From NCBI GenBank assembly GCA_032718475.1, contig JAUCBJ010000701.1:7624-71623 (forward strand): a DNA stretch of 64,000 nt. The letters are read 5' to 3'. Within the stretch, counting starts at the first letter, position 1; every line of letters starts with the position of its first letter. This DNA comes from Nemertoderma westbladi (lineage: Eukaryota; Animalia; Xenacoelomorpha). This document shows positions 11,535 to 24,809 of this stretch, piece by piece. The notes below the pieces were generated by a model that did no database searches, had not been told where the DNA came from, and worked only from the letters and a program-made list of their open reading frames with translations. The translations under genes were made by a program, and so were the position numbers.

Positions 11535-12001
11535 CAAAGTTAACTGTCAAAATTTTGGTCTTTCTAGAGTTAATAAAAAGACCAACACTAGAAGCAGCAT
11601 GTTCTAATGAGCTGAGGAACCATTGGGCTCCCTCTAGTGATTCTGAGAGTACTCCTAAGTCATCAGCAAAGTCTAGATCAGTTAGGTACTTGGCAGGATT
11701 TTCTCGACTTCTGGAGCCAGTAGGTAGAGTTATCATCACCCCATCATCATTATGATGATCTAAGGACATGCGTAGAACATAGTCAACCACAATTATGAAC
11801 AAGAATGGTGCAAGTGTTTCTCCCTGGAGGATACCCCATAACACTTCAAATGGTTCTGTGTCACCATCAATAATAGACACAAATGTTGTCGAACCATCAT
11901 ATACTGATCTGATTGCTGCAATAATTTCATCAGTAATCCAATATAATGAAAGTATGCTGAACATACGTGAACGAGAGACTGAAGAAAACTGAGAAACTGA
12001 G
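11535..12001 (-). mobile_element. RTE-clade LINE, 5' part (RT core)
   Basis: GILQGETLAPFLFIIVVDY and LTDLDFADDL; continues into 5882-6566 once the LTR element is removed. Confidence 0.9.
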
Positions 12002-12176
12002 TTGTAGGTTCAGCCCCGCCAGGGTCCACTCAGCCTTTCATCCACTGGGGTCGATAAAATGAGTACCACTTAAATAACTGGCAGCAAATCTTGGGATAGG
12101 AGTAGCGTCCACCCCTACCATCGGGTAGCAGCTATCGCCTACGGCTTCGGCTAACTGTTTGTTTGCTTGCACTTGC
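12002..12176 (+). mobile_element. tRNA-derived SINE, body and tail
   Basis: GGTTCAGCCCCG completes the B-box. The body ACTCAGCCTTTCATCC...GGGGTCGATAAAATGAGTACC resembles the RTE-5'UTR-derived (Ceph-like) SINE middle domain. Ends in a simple tail tgtttgtttgcttgc. Confidence 0.75.
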
Positions 12177-12199
12177 ATTATTAATTCTGTTAAATAAGC

Positions 12200-12720
12200 G
12201 CGACACCAAATTAAAACGTATATGTATAATTGCGATGATGAGCATCACGAGTGGCGATTGCCACTCGCTGCTTGTGTAGGATACATCAACTCTATTATGA
12301 ATGAAAGGCGTTCAATGGCAGGCAACGAAGATGTAAAGGCGATTATTAGTGGTTGTCATGAGTCAGCCACTAAGATGTTATTGTTCAAAGAAGTGAACCC
12401 ATCTCTATCGTGTCCAGCCTATTTGTGGACAGTGTTAATGAGTTGGACAGGATCGCGTGGTCCAATCTTTGAGTGGCGAGTCTCAACCTCCCTATAGAAA
12501 AGATGCAGTGGACGAAAGTTCAGAAGGCCGATAGATTCTGCAAATATGGTGCCAATCGCCAGAGAACCACATAGCCCTGCGGTGTCCACTACTGGTGGGA
12601 GACATTCGGAATAGGTACTTCCCAGGGGGAAAGTTACCCTACGTCGTTAACGGATTTGCTCTCTTATGAGAAATGGTAGTATCGTTATTTGCGCTTGCCA
12701 ATAATTTTATTTGATATTTG
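12200..12720 (+). pseudogene. Decayed LINE ORF2 C-terminal fragment (L2/Crack-like)
   Basis: In a shifted frame, reads ..NLPIE..W.K...DRFC.., resembling the LINE C-terminal LPIE.GRW...R.C motif. Confidence 0.4.
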
Positions 12721-13229
12721 AACTTGCCTCAAATTAGTTAATTAATAGAGTCTGTTTCTAATTTTAGTTTTAATTGCAAAATTAAAAAATAAATAAATGT
12801 AAATTCATTTTATATTGAATAATTAATATAAATAAATTTAATTTTTAATTGAAATCTATTCTAAAATTGTATCATATAATAAAAAAAAATGTGTGTGAAA
12901 AAGTATGAAAAAAATTAAGTACATATGACAATATTTATCCAAATCTTTAGCATGCTGTATATTAATGCTTGGTGTTTTAGTATGCATATAAAATTGACTG
13001 CGTTATTTTTCGATCTGGCTAGTGTTTACATTGCGTAGACTTAGTACTTGAAATTTCTTTTTTTACTCAGTTCTATTGCAATGCATTATTTTTTATTGCT
13101 TAATTACAAATATAAATAATGGAAATTAGATACACAAAAAAAATTGTATTTATTTACAAAATAATTAGTAGGTAGTTAATGTTGCAGTTGTAAAATAGCC
13201 CAGGCCAGATAAGGTTAATGTTGGAAAAC

Positions 13230-14250
13230 ATGGGAACTTCCACATCCTCTAAAACAATCAGACGTCATTGTCGGAATTTGCCATGAGAATGGAGGCCTCG
13301 CAGCAGACTGGTTGATGTCGAGCAGAGTGTACACCTCGGAGGCACATTAGGCTGGCTTGGAGAAGAGCGAAGCTCACTTCTCGACAAACCAGCGGATGCA
13401 CTCCAAATAAGGTATCTCGCACTTCTCTGACAGGAGGATTCCAAGGCGTTTGATAAACTGGGTCATTGTTGGGGAGAGTCCACCAAATGCCGAAAAAATC
13501 TAAGGAATGAAGGTGGCAAGCTCGATCATATGTACTCGTTCCTCACAGTGGTTGCGTTTGTGAGCCTCGTGGTGTAGGTGGGCAGACTCGAGTGTCATGG
13601 TGGCATTCGATTGAGCCAGGGGATTGAATACTGAGACGTCAAGGAATGTCTTTTGGTAACGAGATCCCAAAAACCCGAACAGGACATGTCAAGACGAGCC
13701 TGTTGGTCAGTGGAGGTGGAGTGATAGCTGAATTGCTCACCAGTGACTGGCTACAAGTGTGGCTCAACAGTGACTGACATTGTGAGTTACTTCGGTCAGG
13801 GTGGTTGCAAAGAAGTGTGATGGAAGAGAATGGAAGGGCGACAAAGCATGATTGACTGAAAATCGTATCCCACTGGCATACGGGGACAAGAAGTTGTGGC
13901 TGCGTCGTGCAGGCACAAAGCATCATGGAACTCCTGTTTGTTCAGATGCATGCAGTGTAACGTCACGGGTTGAGAGTTCAACCAGGACAATGCACTCTTC
14001 TCTGAGGTCAGCTCCTGAAGCCGTAGTTGGTTCTGGGGCAGTGTTGTCTTAAGTGCTTCCTGCTTCACTGTTAGCCAGACTGCTTCCACTGCCTTTATCT
14101 GCTTTGTGGCTTCTTCCTGCGCTTTTCTTACATCTGTTGGGTCATCAAATTGGTTGAATGGCTAATGGCTCGCATAATGACTGAGAGTTATCAAACTGCA
14201 TCACCAGGTCGCCTGCGAGTGAAAGTGGTCACCAAAGATGCATGGATAAT
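13230..14250 (-). pseudogene. Decayed CRE-clade non-LTR retrotransposon, restriction-like endonuclease region
   Basis: SWLNSQP...LNKQEFHDALCL, DVSVFNPLAQSN, HEAHKR...EERV..IE.ATF.P.IFS.FGG....FIKRL, with many frameshifts. Confidence 0.7.
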
Positions 14251-15922
14251 GAGGCCATTGGTAAAAACCCAAAAAATACTTCTTCAACATATCTAAATAA
14301 GATATTTTAATACAAAATCATCTTGGTATTGTATGGATGAAGGAATCACATTTTTTTGACATGAAATTTTGAACTGTTATAACTTTTGGCTTTTGACATT
14401 AAAATAGCTAAATAAAATTTATATGAGACATGAATATCCAATAAACTAAAAAGCAATGCTCACTAACCTTTTCCTGTTTTTAAAAATCTAAAATTAGTGT
14501 TGAAATGACCCAAGTCCAGGTAATTAGATTATTTTTTATGTACGAATTTGAACTTCTGCCTTGACTTTAACACCCTTGTAGCTAAATGAATGGAAGCGGT
14601 GTTGCTGCAGGTATAAATCCTGCCTTTAAAATTACTTATTTTACCAATTTTCCCAAAATACTGTATATTTATTGATAACAGTTACGGTATCATATTGAAT
14701 TGTTTCTTACAAATTATTCTTTAGTAAAGGTTCTTACGCCATCTAGTGCTATTACACCTATATTCGATCTAATTTCTACTGTAAAGGCCTACTAAACCTC
14801 AAATGGAATACGTGATGCTTATTGGCTATGCTCCTTGCCGATACAGCTAGTATATAAGTGTGGTTGTGCTATGATTGATTTTACTCTCTTTTTGTTATTG
14901 TTTGACAGAAGAAGTTGTACTGCCCATGCAGAGGCTTTGGTCCCCGGTCAAGTTTAATTGACTGGTGGTTATTACAGGCCTAAGGTCTAAACTTAAAGAG
15001 TTAATAATTGAATTATAATTATTCATCACTACATTGTATATTCTAGTGCTTTATTCAATTTATCTTTATTATTTGCTTAATATATCGCCGATATTACGTA
15101 ATCAAGGAGGTTTTACACGCGCCACAACAGGTGGGTTGCTGTAACTAAGTATCAGTGATAATCTGGACAATTGTATCAGATTTGTGTGTTGTCATATCTC
15201 TGACTTACTAAATAATTAATATATGGCGATATTTCAGACCATTAATGTAAGCAAAGCTCTCATTATTAATTACATCACGATTGAGAGTTGTCACAAATTG
15301 AATACTGTAGCGATATCAATATAATTAGACCCAAAGACATTTCCCTAAAGGGAAACACAATCACCAGACTTGAGTTCTTACAGAATTAATTAGTCACAGT
15401 CATTTGCTTGTCATTTGCTTGCTTTGTTGTCACACCCTCCCGGTATAGGATCTCAGTTAAATACAATAGATAATCAAATACCGTATTGAACTAAGTGAAA
15501 TATAGAGCAAATCAATGCATCGAAGGGAAAAAGGGGCAAATAAACAGATACAGTGAGCGGCCCTTGTTGACAGGTACACTAGCGCAATCCCGTTTATTGT
15601 ATCAGACCGGACATCTTGCCTTCATTTTTGCATGGTTTATTAAGTAACAGAAAAGAGTCAAAATATATGAAATTTGAGAGAGAAAGAACATAATTTACTA
15701 AAAGCGCTAACACCCACCAGTAATTTTCAAATCTATTATATTCCGCGGCTGCTGTGAAAGGTATGAGGATGGAAAAATATGCTCACTCGACTTCTTGAGG
15801 TCACATGGTCATAAAATTAGGCTCATTCGAACCGAATAATTCTTAAACGTTTAGCATTTTTTATACATGAAGATTCAAATCTACATGACTCAATAAATCG
15901 TCTCTCTCAGGAAGTTCAGACA

Positions 15923-17587
15923 TTGTATAAAGAATATGGAATACAGTGTATCACTAATACAAATATTAAGATACGAATCTCGCATACTACTCTAAAGAAT
16001 TTCAAAATCATATTAGGCATAAAAAAAAGTAACTTTCTGGAAAGTTGTGATTCTCCAATATCATTCAAGGCAGCCTCACAACCTAAATGGGTTCTGAAAG
16101 AAGATCTAATGTGGAACACTAATCATCAATCAGGAAAAGGCGGTGGCATGACTTCTATTGACATATCTGCATGGAAACGCAGTGCAAAAAGAGCTACAGC
16201 CAATGCTCACATATAATGATCATATAATAATTTGTCACCTTCTACATCTACAAGTTTCACAGTGTTAGATGATGATGGTGATGGTGAAGCTTCTACTTCC
16301 AATATAACAACACCCATTACTCCCAGCTTAGAGGCAGACTCAGATTATATACCAGAAAAAACCCCATCATCCACCTCGTCCAATCGATCTTCTAGAAAGA
16401 TTAACTGGCAACCAGTTTCTGCTGTTATGATTCGTTATGGTATAAGTGCGGAGGGAGGACAGGAGGTTTTCGCAAAATATGCCAAACTCACTGATACCGA
16501 AGATAAATTTGTTCCCAGTGATAGTACATTATATCGAGCCAGCAAGAAAGTTGCTGATGGTGTTTCAGATCGCTTAATTCAACTCAAGCATGACTACAAC
16601 TTTCTTTTCGCTCATTGTGATGGGAAAGAGCTCTATGAGGTATCACTATATCATGCATCAAATTTAAACAAGTCTAAATTTATTTAGTTCCCTCATGACA
16701 TTGAGAAATTCCCCATTCCACATACTGGGAGAACACTAGGGTCTTACCTGGCAAGATCTTTTAAACCAGATCTAGAATCTCAAAAACTGATTGGAATTTG
16801 TACCGATACAACTTCTCTAAACTCTGGAATTGGTAAAATAGGACGTTCTATTACGCCTTTGCAGCAGGTTGCGCTATTTAACAACCAGATGTTTGTCGTT
16901 ATGTGTAGAGTGCATAGTAACGAAGCAATCTGTGGTCACATGTTAGAAACTATATCAGCAATGTTCTTTGATACTAAACCAGTGATGACAAACGATAAAA
17001 GTGGAACTGTTAGATCTATACTTACATTGTGCTTTAATATGCGCCATTTATATGACTGCATTGGTGGCTCAAATCTCTACAAATATATTGAGGACGATTG
17101 TGTAATAAGACGTCCCGATAATTGGCCTCTTGTGGATGATAGCACATTCACCGATCTTTCAGTTTTTAATGACGATCAGCGATTTATTTATAAGATAGCC
17201 TACAAGTTGAGTTGGACTGGTCGAGAGCTCAAAAACTCTGTCCTAAAGGTCGGTGTTCACTGGTTAAATACCCTTGGAAGTGCACTTCATATAATACTGT
17301 TGCATTCACAATTACTTGAATCCTTAATCTTTCAGCACACCAATTGCAGATTCAAGTCAAAGACAGATGAGAACATATGTCTAAACACAAAAGCTATGTT
17401 GAAAATTAAGAATCTTGACAAATTGGGTGAAATTCTCTGCCAGTATGCTATTGTTCATTTTAGAGCCCATTGGATCACTATAACCACCACTGGATGTATC
17501 ATGATTACTAACACTTTAGAGATATCTCAAATGTTGGCCAATGTTGGTGACAAATTGAAACTCACAAGACTGCACTTCAAAGTCTAG
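15923..17587 (+). pseudogene. Sola2-like DDD transposase relic
   Basis: Broken ORFs with AHCDGK, GICTDTTSLNSG (~16793) and VMCRVHSNE, matching the Sola2 HWDGK / DTT..NTG / CxxH..E pattern. A possible left end GAGG lies at 14251. Confidence 0.6.
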
Positions 17588-17649
17588 ATTCCCACTGAGC
17601 CGTGTGTCAATCAAGCAGCCCTCTCTCTCTCTCTCGCTCCCCCTGTGTG

Positions 17650-18167
17650 TGTAATGCTCCATGTGCTCTGTAGGATGTCTGCAGAGCACACAGGACACCA
17701 CGTCCATATCATACCATAGGTTTGTACGCTATAGCCGTCATTTAAACCGGACCGCCTAGGTTTTAATAATTTACAGTGATTATCAGAAAATAACAGCCGC
17801 AATTGAATCTCCACTTGGCGGTGTGGTGGTAATGAATGCAAGGGCGGGTAGGGGCTGTGTGGAGTTTAATTCTGAGTTACGCAATGTCATGTAATTCGTA
17901 CTAATTTACAGTTACCTTATTCAATAAGTATTTTAATTGGCAGTAATATTGAGCAATTTGTTATAGTATACATGTATTTTGGTGAAGGGCGTTTCTTGGC
18001 TCTTACTCAGTGCAGTACCAGCTGTTCAGCTTAACAAACTGGGTTGTGTTTAAAGTTATATTCTACATTATAAATTATATTACAATGAATCGAGATTTAG
18101 AGTGAATTAGACTAAAACAATTTATTTTTCCAATACAAGTTTGGGTTCCAAGAAGAAATCCATTACA
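17650..18167 (+). repeat. 5' LTR of BEL/Pao element
   Basis: Termini TGTAATG...CATTACA (7-bp inverted repeat), directly followed by a PBS. Confidence 0.7.
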
Positions 18168-18169
18168 TT

Positions 18170-18179
18170 TGGCGCCCGA
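18170..18179 (+). promoter_or_regulatory. Primer binding site (tRNA-Lys-like)
   Basis: TGGCGCCCGA, 2 nt after the LTR end. Confidence 0.7.
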
Positions 18180-18244
18180 TAAAAAAAACTCTTACCATGT
18201 ATTTGTGTTAAATTAATTATTGCGTACTATACGCACAACAAACA

Positions 18245-21200
18245 ATGGCGGATGCTGAGGAGTTATCCCGAAAAATTACGCTCAAGAGGCGGCGTTCGAG
18301 CCACAGCAACAATCGCACTTAAAGACTCTGACGATATGGAGTCTTTCAATATCGGGAGAAAAATGTCTCAGGTGTCAATCTTACAGGGCTATGTCAATCG
18401 CTTAGACGAAATGGACATTGCAATTTGGGCAATTATGGACGAAGAAGACGCGACATACAACAATCAATGACGTACAAGGTTAAACTCACAAACGCAATAA
18501 CTCAGTTACAACTGTCATTATCAGAAACAACTTTATCAGAAACTAGAGTAGAACAAGATACCGGTGGTGCTGCAATTGAATTACCCTCTCATAGAAGTAG
18601 TTTTTATGCTAATAGTAGTAATTATGCTAGATCTGTGTTACCTAAATTAGCCCCTCCAAAATTTTCTGTAAATTTATTAGAATATTGCGGGTGGCGAGAT
18701 TCTTTTCGCTCCGCAATTCATGATTCTGGATTACCAGACGTATTAAAACTACAACATTTAATACAAAGTTTAATTGGTGAAGCGAAAGAAGTAGTAGCAG
18801 GCGGGACTTTCAATATTGTCTGAAAATTATAAGGTAGCAATGGATTTATTACAAGATAGGTACGGTTGTACGGTACGGTAGTACGGTGAAGGTCGTATCA
18901 TACAAGCACACATCAATAAACTGAGGAACATTAATCACATATTTAATGGTAGGAAGTATACATTAAGGCAGGTGTACGATACTTGCCAATCACAAATACA
19001 AGCTTTGGAAGCATTAAACACAAAACCAGAGTCATATCAAATTACGGTTATCCCTGATATTATGGGTATATTACCTTTCGAATTCGGTGCAAAACTTTTA
19101 GCAAAACAAAATAATCATATAGATGACTTGTTATGGTTAATGGAGCAAATTGGGTTACAGTGCAGAGGCAATTACCGAATTCGTAAACACAAATACAAAT
19201 AAATCAAATACTCAAGGTGCACAAAAACAATTTAAACCGCAAGGTGGCGACAAGGCAACAGCAGCAGCTTTAGCAATAGGTGTAAAAGTCCCAGAACACC
19301 AACAAAGAGGGCCAAGTCACAAAAGTTCTAACCAATCCACATCTACATCCCAAAAACATTATCAAACTCAAGCAACACCTAAACCGAACGCATTTTGTCC
19401 GAAATGTGTATATTGCGGTCAATTACAGTTTTCAACTGACTGCCAACTTATCAAGGGAGTTTCGCAAAGAAAAATTGCACTCGATGAAAAGAATTTGTGC
19501 TACAATTGTCTACTTCCCGGACATCAAGCAAAGGATTGCACACGTAGAAAGCCGTGCTACACCTGCAAAAAATTAGGCCATCATAACTCAATTTGTTTTC
19601 GTTTGCAACACAATACAAATGCAGGAGCATTTAAATCAAATACAACACACAACATGTTAGCTACAATGGCTCAAACGCCTTACCAATCAAACGATGAACT
19701 CTGCAGAGAGGAGCATAAAGATACTACAGCTATGTTATTACATATGTACAATACAACCGCCAGACCTTCAAATGCCTTACTTCAAACCGCGACTATTGAC
19801 TGCCAAACAGACCACAATGGTATAAGCAAAACAAATACATTTTTCGATTTGGGGAGTCAAAAGTCATTTGTTATCAACAAGTTTGTGAAGGATAACAACT
19901 TACCGATTATAGGAAAGGAAAGTATTAGTGTAAACGGATTTGGTGGTAAGGAAAGTGAATTTACATCTCTAAATGTAGCTCAAATTACCCTAGTTATGAA
20001 GGACAACTCGATATTTACAATGTCAGCATTGGTAGTAGACACAATTTGCAATCCAATACACAATAACATTCCGTTAGAAACATATGCAAAAATTCGAGTT
20101 TCATTTGAATCAATAGAATTAGCGAATTCTTCGTATAAACAATCAACACAAGAATGTGTGTTTCCGGTTCAACTCTTAGTTGGAAGTGATTTCTACTGGG
20201 AAATAGTAACTGGAAGATCAATTAGAGTCTCTAATACCGGCCTTGTTGCATTCGATTCTGGAGTAGGTTGGTTACTTTCAGGAAACACTGGACAATTACA
20301 CAACAATGAAATTGCATTATGTGCAAATAACTCACAACAAGGTAATATGTGCATGCTTGTTTCAACTGTGGAGGTCGATTCCTCTAACAATAGCAAGAAC
20401 AACTCAACAGATGTACTAGCGACAATTTTAAAAGCATTTTGGTCTTTAGATAGTATGGGTATTTGTCCAAAAGAGTGCCATAGTGAGCGATCAGCAAATA
20501 TAATAGGAACATATACATTAGAAGAAGGTATGTACTCAGTCAGTTTACCATGGAAGCTGAATCCCGATCAATTACATGATCATTACAATATGTGTTTCAA
20601 GCAATTGTTATCATTAGTTAAACGGCTACAGAAATTAGGGCTTTTGGATCGCTATGACAAGGTAATTAAACAACATTATGCGAAAGGGTACATAGAAAAG
20701 GTGACGGTTGGGGAAGTAGAACACAATAGTTCAGGAGTTCATTACATTCCACACCCGGTGGTGTAAGAGAAGAAAAGGAGTCAACAAAACTAAGAGTAGT
20801 TTATAATGCCTCAGCGTGAGTCAACCCCACTGATTTGTCATTAAATGATTGTCTCATTCGCGGTCCCAATCGCCTTCCAAATTTGGTTGGAAACCTTTAT
20901 CGTTTTCGTCTAAATCGCATTGGACTAACCGCAGACGTGGAACAAGCCTTCATGCGCTGCAAAATTAATGAAACAGATAGAGATTGTCTCCGTTTCCTTT
21001 GGGTCAGCAACATCAATGATAGTAAACCCTTGAAAATTCAAGCATATCGTTACACACGTGCAGCATTTGGGTTGACATGCTCTTCGAACATTTTGTCAGA
21101 AATAATACAACACCATTTAGACATAGAATTAGAAGCAAATAAAAACCAATTTCAGGTGATAGAAAAATTAAGAGAGTTATATGTAGATGATTTGAATTCG

Positions 21201-22503
21201 GGAGCAGAAACAGTAGAATAAGGTATTCAATTTGTTATAAGCGAGACAAATTCTTGGCCGAGGTGGATTTAATCTCCGCAGAAGGATAACAAACTCAGAC
21301 CATTTACAAGCACAGTTGCAGGACATATCAATTAGCTCAACAAAGGTTGACCAAACCAAGAATAAAACTGAAGTAAGAGAAGATGATGAAACATATGCAA
21401 AAGTGGCAATGAATCTTCTAAATCTTCAGACAGAAAAGGTATATATATGTTTATTTGTTTGCGCAATAGTTTGCGCCATCCATTTAGAGTTAGTGTATGA
21501 TTTAAGTCATCAATCATTCATAGCCGCATTCCACAGATTTATAGGTAGAAGAGGGACACCATCTCTAATCTTGTCGGATAATGCTAAGACATTTAAAAAG
21601 TCATGGAAAGAAATCGAAGCAATACAAAAGGTCCAAAAATACAAAACAGTTATTGATGAGTTTGGCAAATTAGGCATTGATTGGGAGTTCAATGTTCCTT
21701 TAAATCCTGCAGCTTATGGTTTCATCGAGCGTTTAGTAGGAACCATAAAAGGGTGTTTGAAGAAGGTTATCGGACGAAACATCTTGATGTATGAAAAATT
21801 GCAAACCTTCATGGTGTCCGTAGAAGCCTCAGTGAATAGTCGTCTGTTAACCTTTGTATCAGATGATAACAGTGACAACTATCAGTGCTTAACTCCAGCA
21901 CATTTCTTAGTAGGTCACAGGTTATGTGCTGCCCCTTACACAACAAAAAGGTTAAACAAAAGAAAACAAACTAATTATAGCCTAACCACAAGATTGACGC
22001 GCCAAGAAGAAGCTGCTAATGTTTTTTGGCGTAGTTTCAATGAAGATTACATAATGGAGTTAAGAGAGCAACACAGAAAAGGAAATTTAGATCCCAAATC
22101 CCCAAGGATTCCGAAAAAGGGGGACATATGTCTATTGGTGGACAGACAGCTTCCACGATGCATGTGGAAATTATGTCCTGTGGAGGAGATGATAATTAGT
22201 AGAGATGGTAAATGCAGAGCAGTGAAAATTACAGTATGCGAGAGAAAGAAAGAATCTAGGTCCTTAACAAGGTCTGTGAAACAGATCATTCCATTGGAAA
22301 TAACAGACGATGATGAATTAAAAAATATAAACCTAGAAAACAAAGACGCCGGTGAAGATGTCAAATCAACCAAGGACATCATACAACCACATGATAAAAA
22401 TGTTATAAAGACAAATCAATCAGATAAACATAACATCGTTCATCCAAACCGTACACGTCTATATCTAACTCGAGCAGCAAAGGTTACTCAAATAAATAAA
22501 TAA
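18245..22503 (+). pseudogene. BEL/Pao gag-pol pseudogene (gag, zinc knuckles, protease, RT, integrase; RNase H region deleted)
   Basis: LPKLAPPKF..KLQHL..SL.GEA; LCYNCLLPGHQAKDC; FDLGSQKSFV; SLNDCLIRGPN...ADVEQAF; LYVDDL; AIHLELV...SDNAKTF...FIERLVG. Multiple stops and frameshifts; no 3' LTR. Confidence 0.92.
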
Positions 22504-22619
22504 AAGGTTTAAAAAAAAAAAAAATTCAAAAAAAGGTGTTGTTTAAAAATGCAAAATTTGTAAGAAAATTAACTAATTACTTTCGTAGGAATCGGTGCTT
22601 GATATGTACAGTATATTTA

Positions 22620-24800
22620 GTATTATTATTATTATTGTTTATTTCAGGCTATACGGCCCATAGTAAAATATATATATATATACACTAACACAAATGATAC
22701 AAGACATATTAGTAATATAATTAAATAGCACATATTATTATCCTAACTAAATATTCTACTGTATTGGTGACAGAAATTAAATGTAGTACTTAAAATATCG
22801 TTATTGGATTTAGATACTCTTCTCTCGAGACTACCCAGAGACGCATGATGAATGTGTACGAACATTGGTAGGTTGAGCCGACCAAATGTCAATGACATGC
22901 TCGTCGGTTCATCATTAGTCATTCTAGGGACATTAAATAATAAACGAACATCATTGTTATATGCAACCGATAGCTTATTAAACACTGCACCAGTATAATT
23001 ACGCCGTGCCCACAATGCATTACAATACACTGGTGTTATGTAAGCTTTAAATAAGCACTTTTTAACATTATCTGAGCATCTTCCAAATTTTCTAACGAGC
23101 ATATTCGCCCTAGCGTATATCGAGCACGTCTGTGATTTAATATCAAAGTCATCATCCGTACTACAATGCAACCAGTGTCCTAGGTACTTGAATTTTTCTA
23201 CTATGTCGATTGGTCTGTTATATAGATAGACCCTACCTACTTCCAAACCTTTGCAACATTGAGGCACATAATATAAACATTTAGTCTTTACTGTATTAAA
23301 CAAAATTGAATTAGCATTTGCAAAAGATACTGCCTTATTAATTAGTATTTGCAGGCCAATCATTGAGTTTGACAATAAGCACAAATCATCTGCGTACATG
23401 ATATGGTTTATACGTAAACCTCCTAAACAACAACCTACACCCGTGTCAGTGAGTTGTTTACTTAAACCGTCAACGTATACAATAAATAATGTCGGGCTTA
23501 ATAAACCACCCTGGCGGGTACCGTTAGATACCGTAAACGTTGAGGATTTATTTCCATCCCAATTGACACACATTTGCTGCGTCCTATACCAAAAAGCTAA
23601 CAACCGTACAATATATACCGGGAAACCTAACGCCAATAATTTCTTAAAAAGTTTAAAATGGTTTACTCTATCGAAGGCTTTGGAAGCATCTAACATACAC
23701 ACAAAAACCGGTGTGTCATTGGCAAGATAATAGTTGATTAATTCCTTCAATGTATATACACATGTTTCTGTACCTAGTCCCGGTTTAAACCCGAACTGAT
23801 TACCTCTAGTCGCAATATAATTATGACACCTACTAAGTAAAATAATTTCTAGAATTTTACTGAGCACCGTTGACAATGCGATACCTCGATAATTGTCCTT
23901 AGACGTTACATCACCAGTACGGTCCTTTAATAAAGGTATAATAATACTTAGCATTAAACTTTCAGGCATGTATCCATGTATAAGAATTGAATTTACTAAG
24001 ATACGTAATTTAGTTAATAAAGAATAACACAAACCATAATATAAATGCTCACTTACTAACAAATCAGGGCCATATGATTTTCCTAAATTTAGGTTATTTA
24101 TCGCGTCAAATAACTCTTCTAGAGATACTAGCTTAATATCAGAGACACGCACCTTAGAAAACTCGTGCACAACGAATGATTTATCGTTGTCATCATTAAC
24201 ACAATTGAAGACAAAATGAAAATGTTTTTTCCACATTTCTGCAATTGCTTCTGCACCAGATTCACCTCCTACCACATTAGGAGTAGGTGAACGAGTTTTA
24301 GTACATTTGTGTACTTCCGACCAAAAATTAGTCGTCCGTCCACTTCCAGTACTAAGCAATGACTCTGCAAGTTTGTCATTTCTATGTTTATTTTTGTCCC
24401 TTTTGCACGAGCGCAAAACCCTTTTGAAGTTGGCCCTTGTGTGCAAATAAACAGCAAGCAATGGTCCCTGTTTTGGAGAACCAGCTGATTTCCAATTCAA
24501 AAACGCTTGCCTAGCTTTATTGTGCACCTCTTTAACTTGAGAATTCCACCCTGGAATATGGTTCCATTTATTATTCGTGTTGTTTTTATTAACTTTAAAT
24601 GAACTATCACTTGCTGTTTTCAACCCCGTCGCAATCGTCTCATAAAGAGAGTCAATTGCTTCTTCGTGTTCACCGCAATGTGGGTTGCAGCAGTTACTTA
24701 ACAACTCCTCCGAGGTTGTACCCACACTAAGCAGTTGTTGTACTAAATTACAATAATTTTCTATCTGATACTTTTTTACACTTTCCCAACATGGAGTATT
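22620..24800 (-). mobile_element. 5'-truncated L2/Daphne-type LINE with open RT frame (22743..~24800)
   Basis: YRGIAL, QFGFK, LDASKAFDRVNH, GTRQGGLLSPTLF, YADDL, KYLG, RANMLVRKF; AATAAA and (TAA)n tail at ~22620-22643. Confidence 0.92.
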
Positions 24801-24809
24801 ATCCACTCC

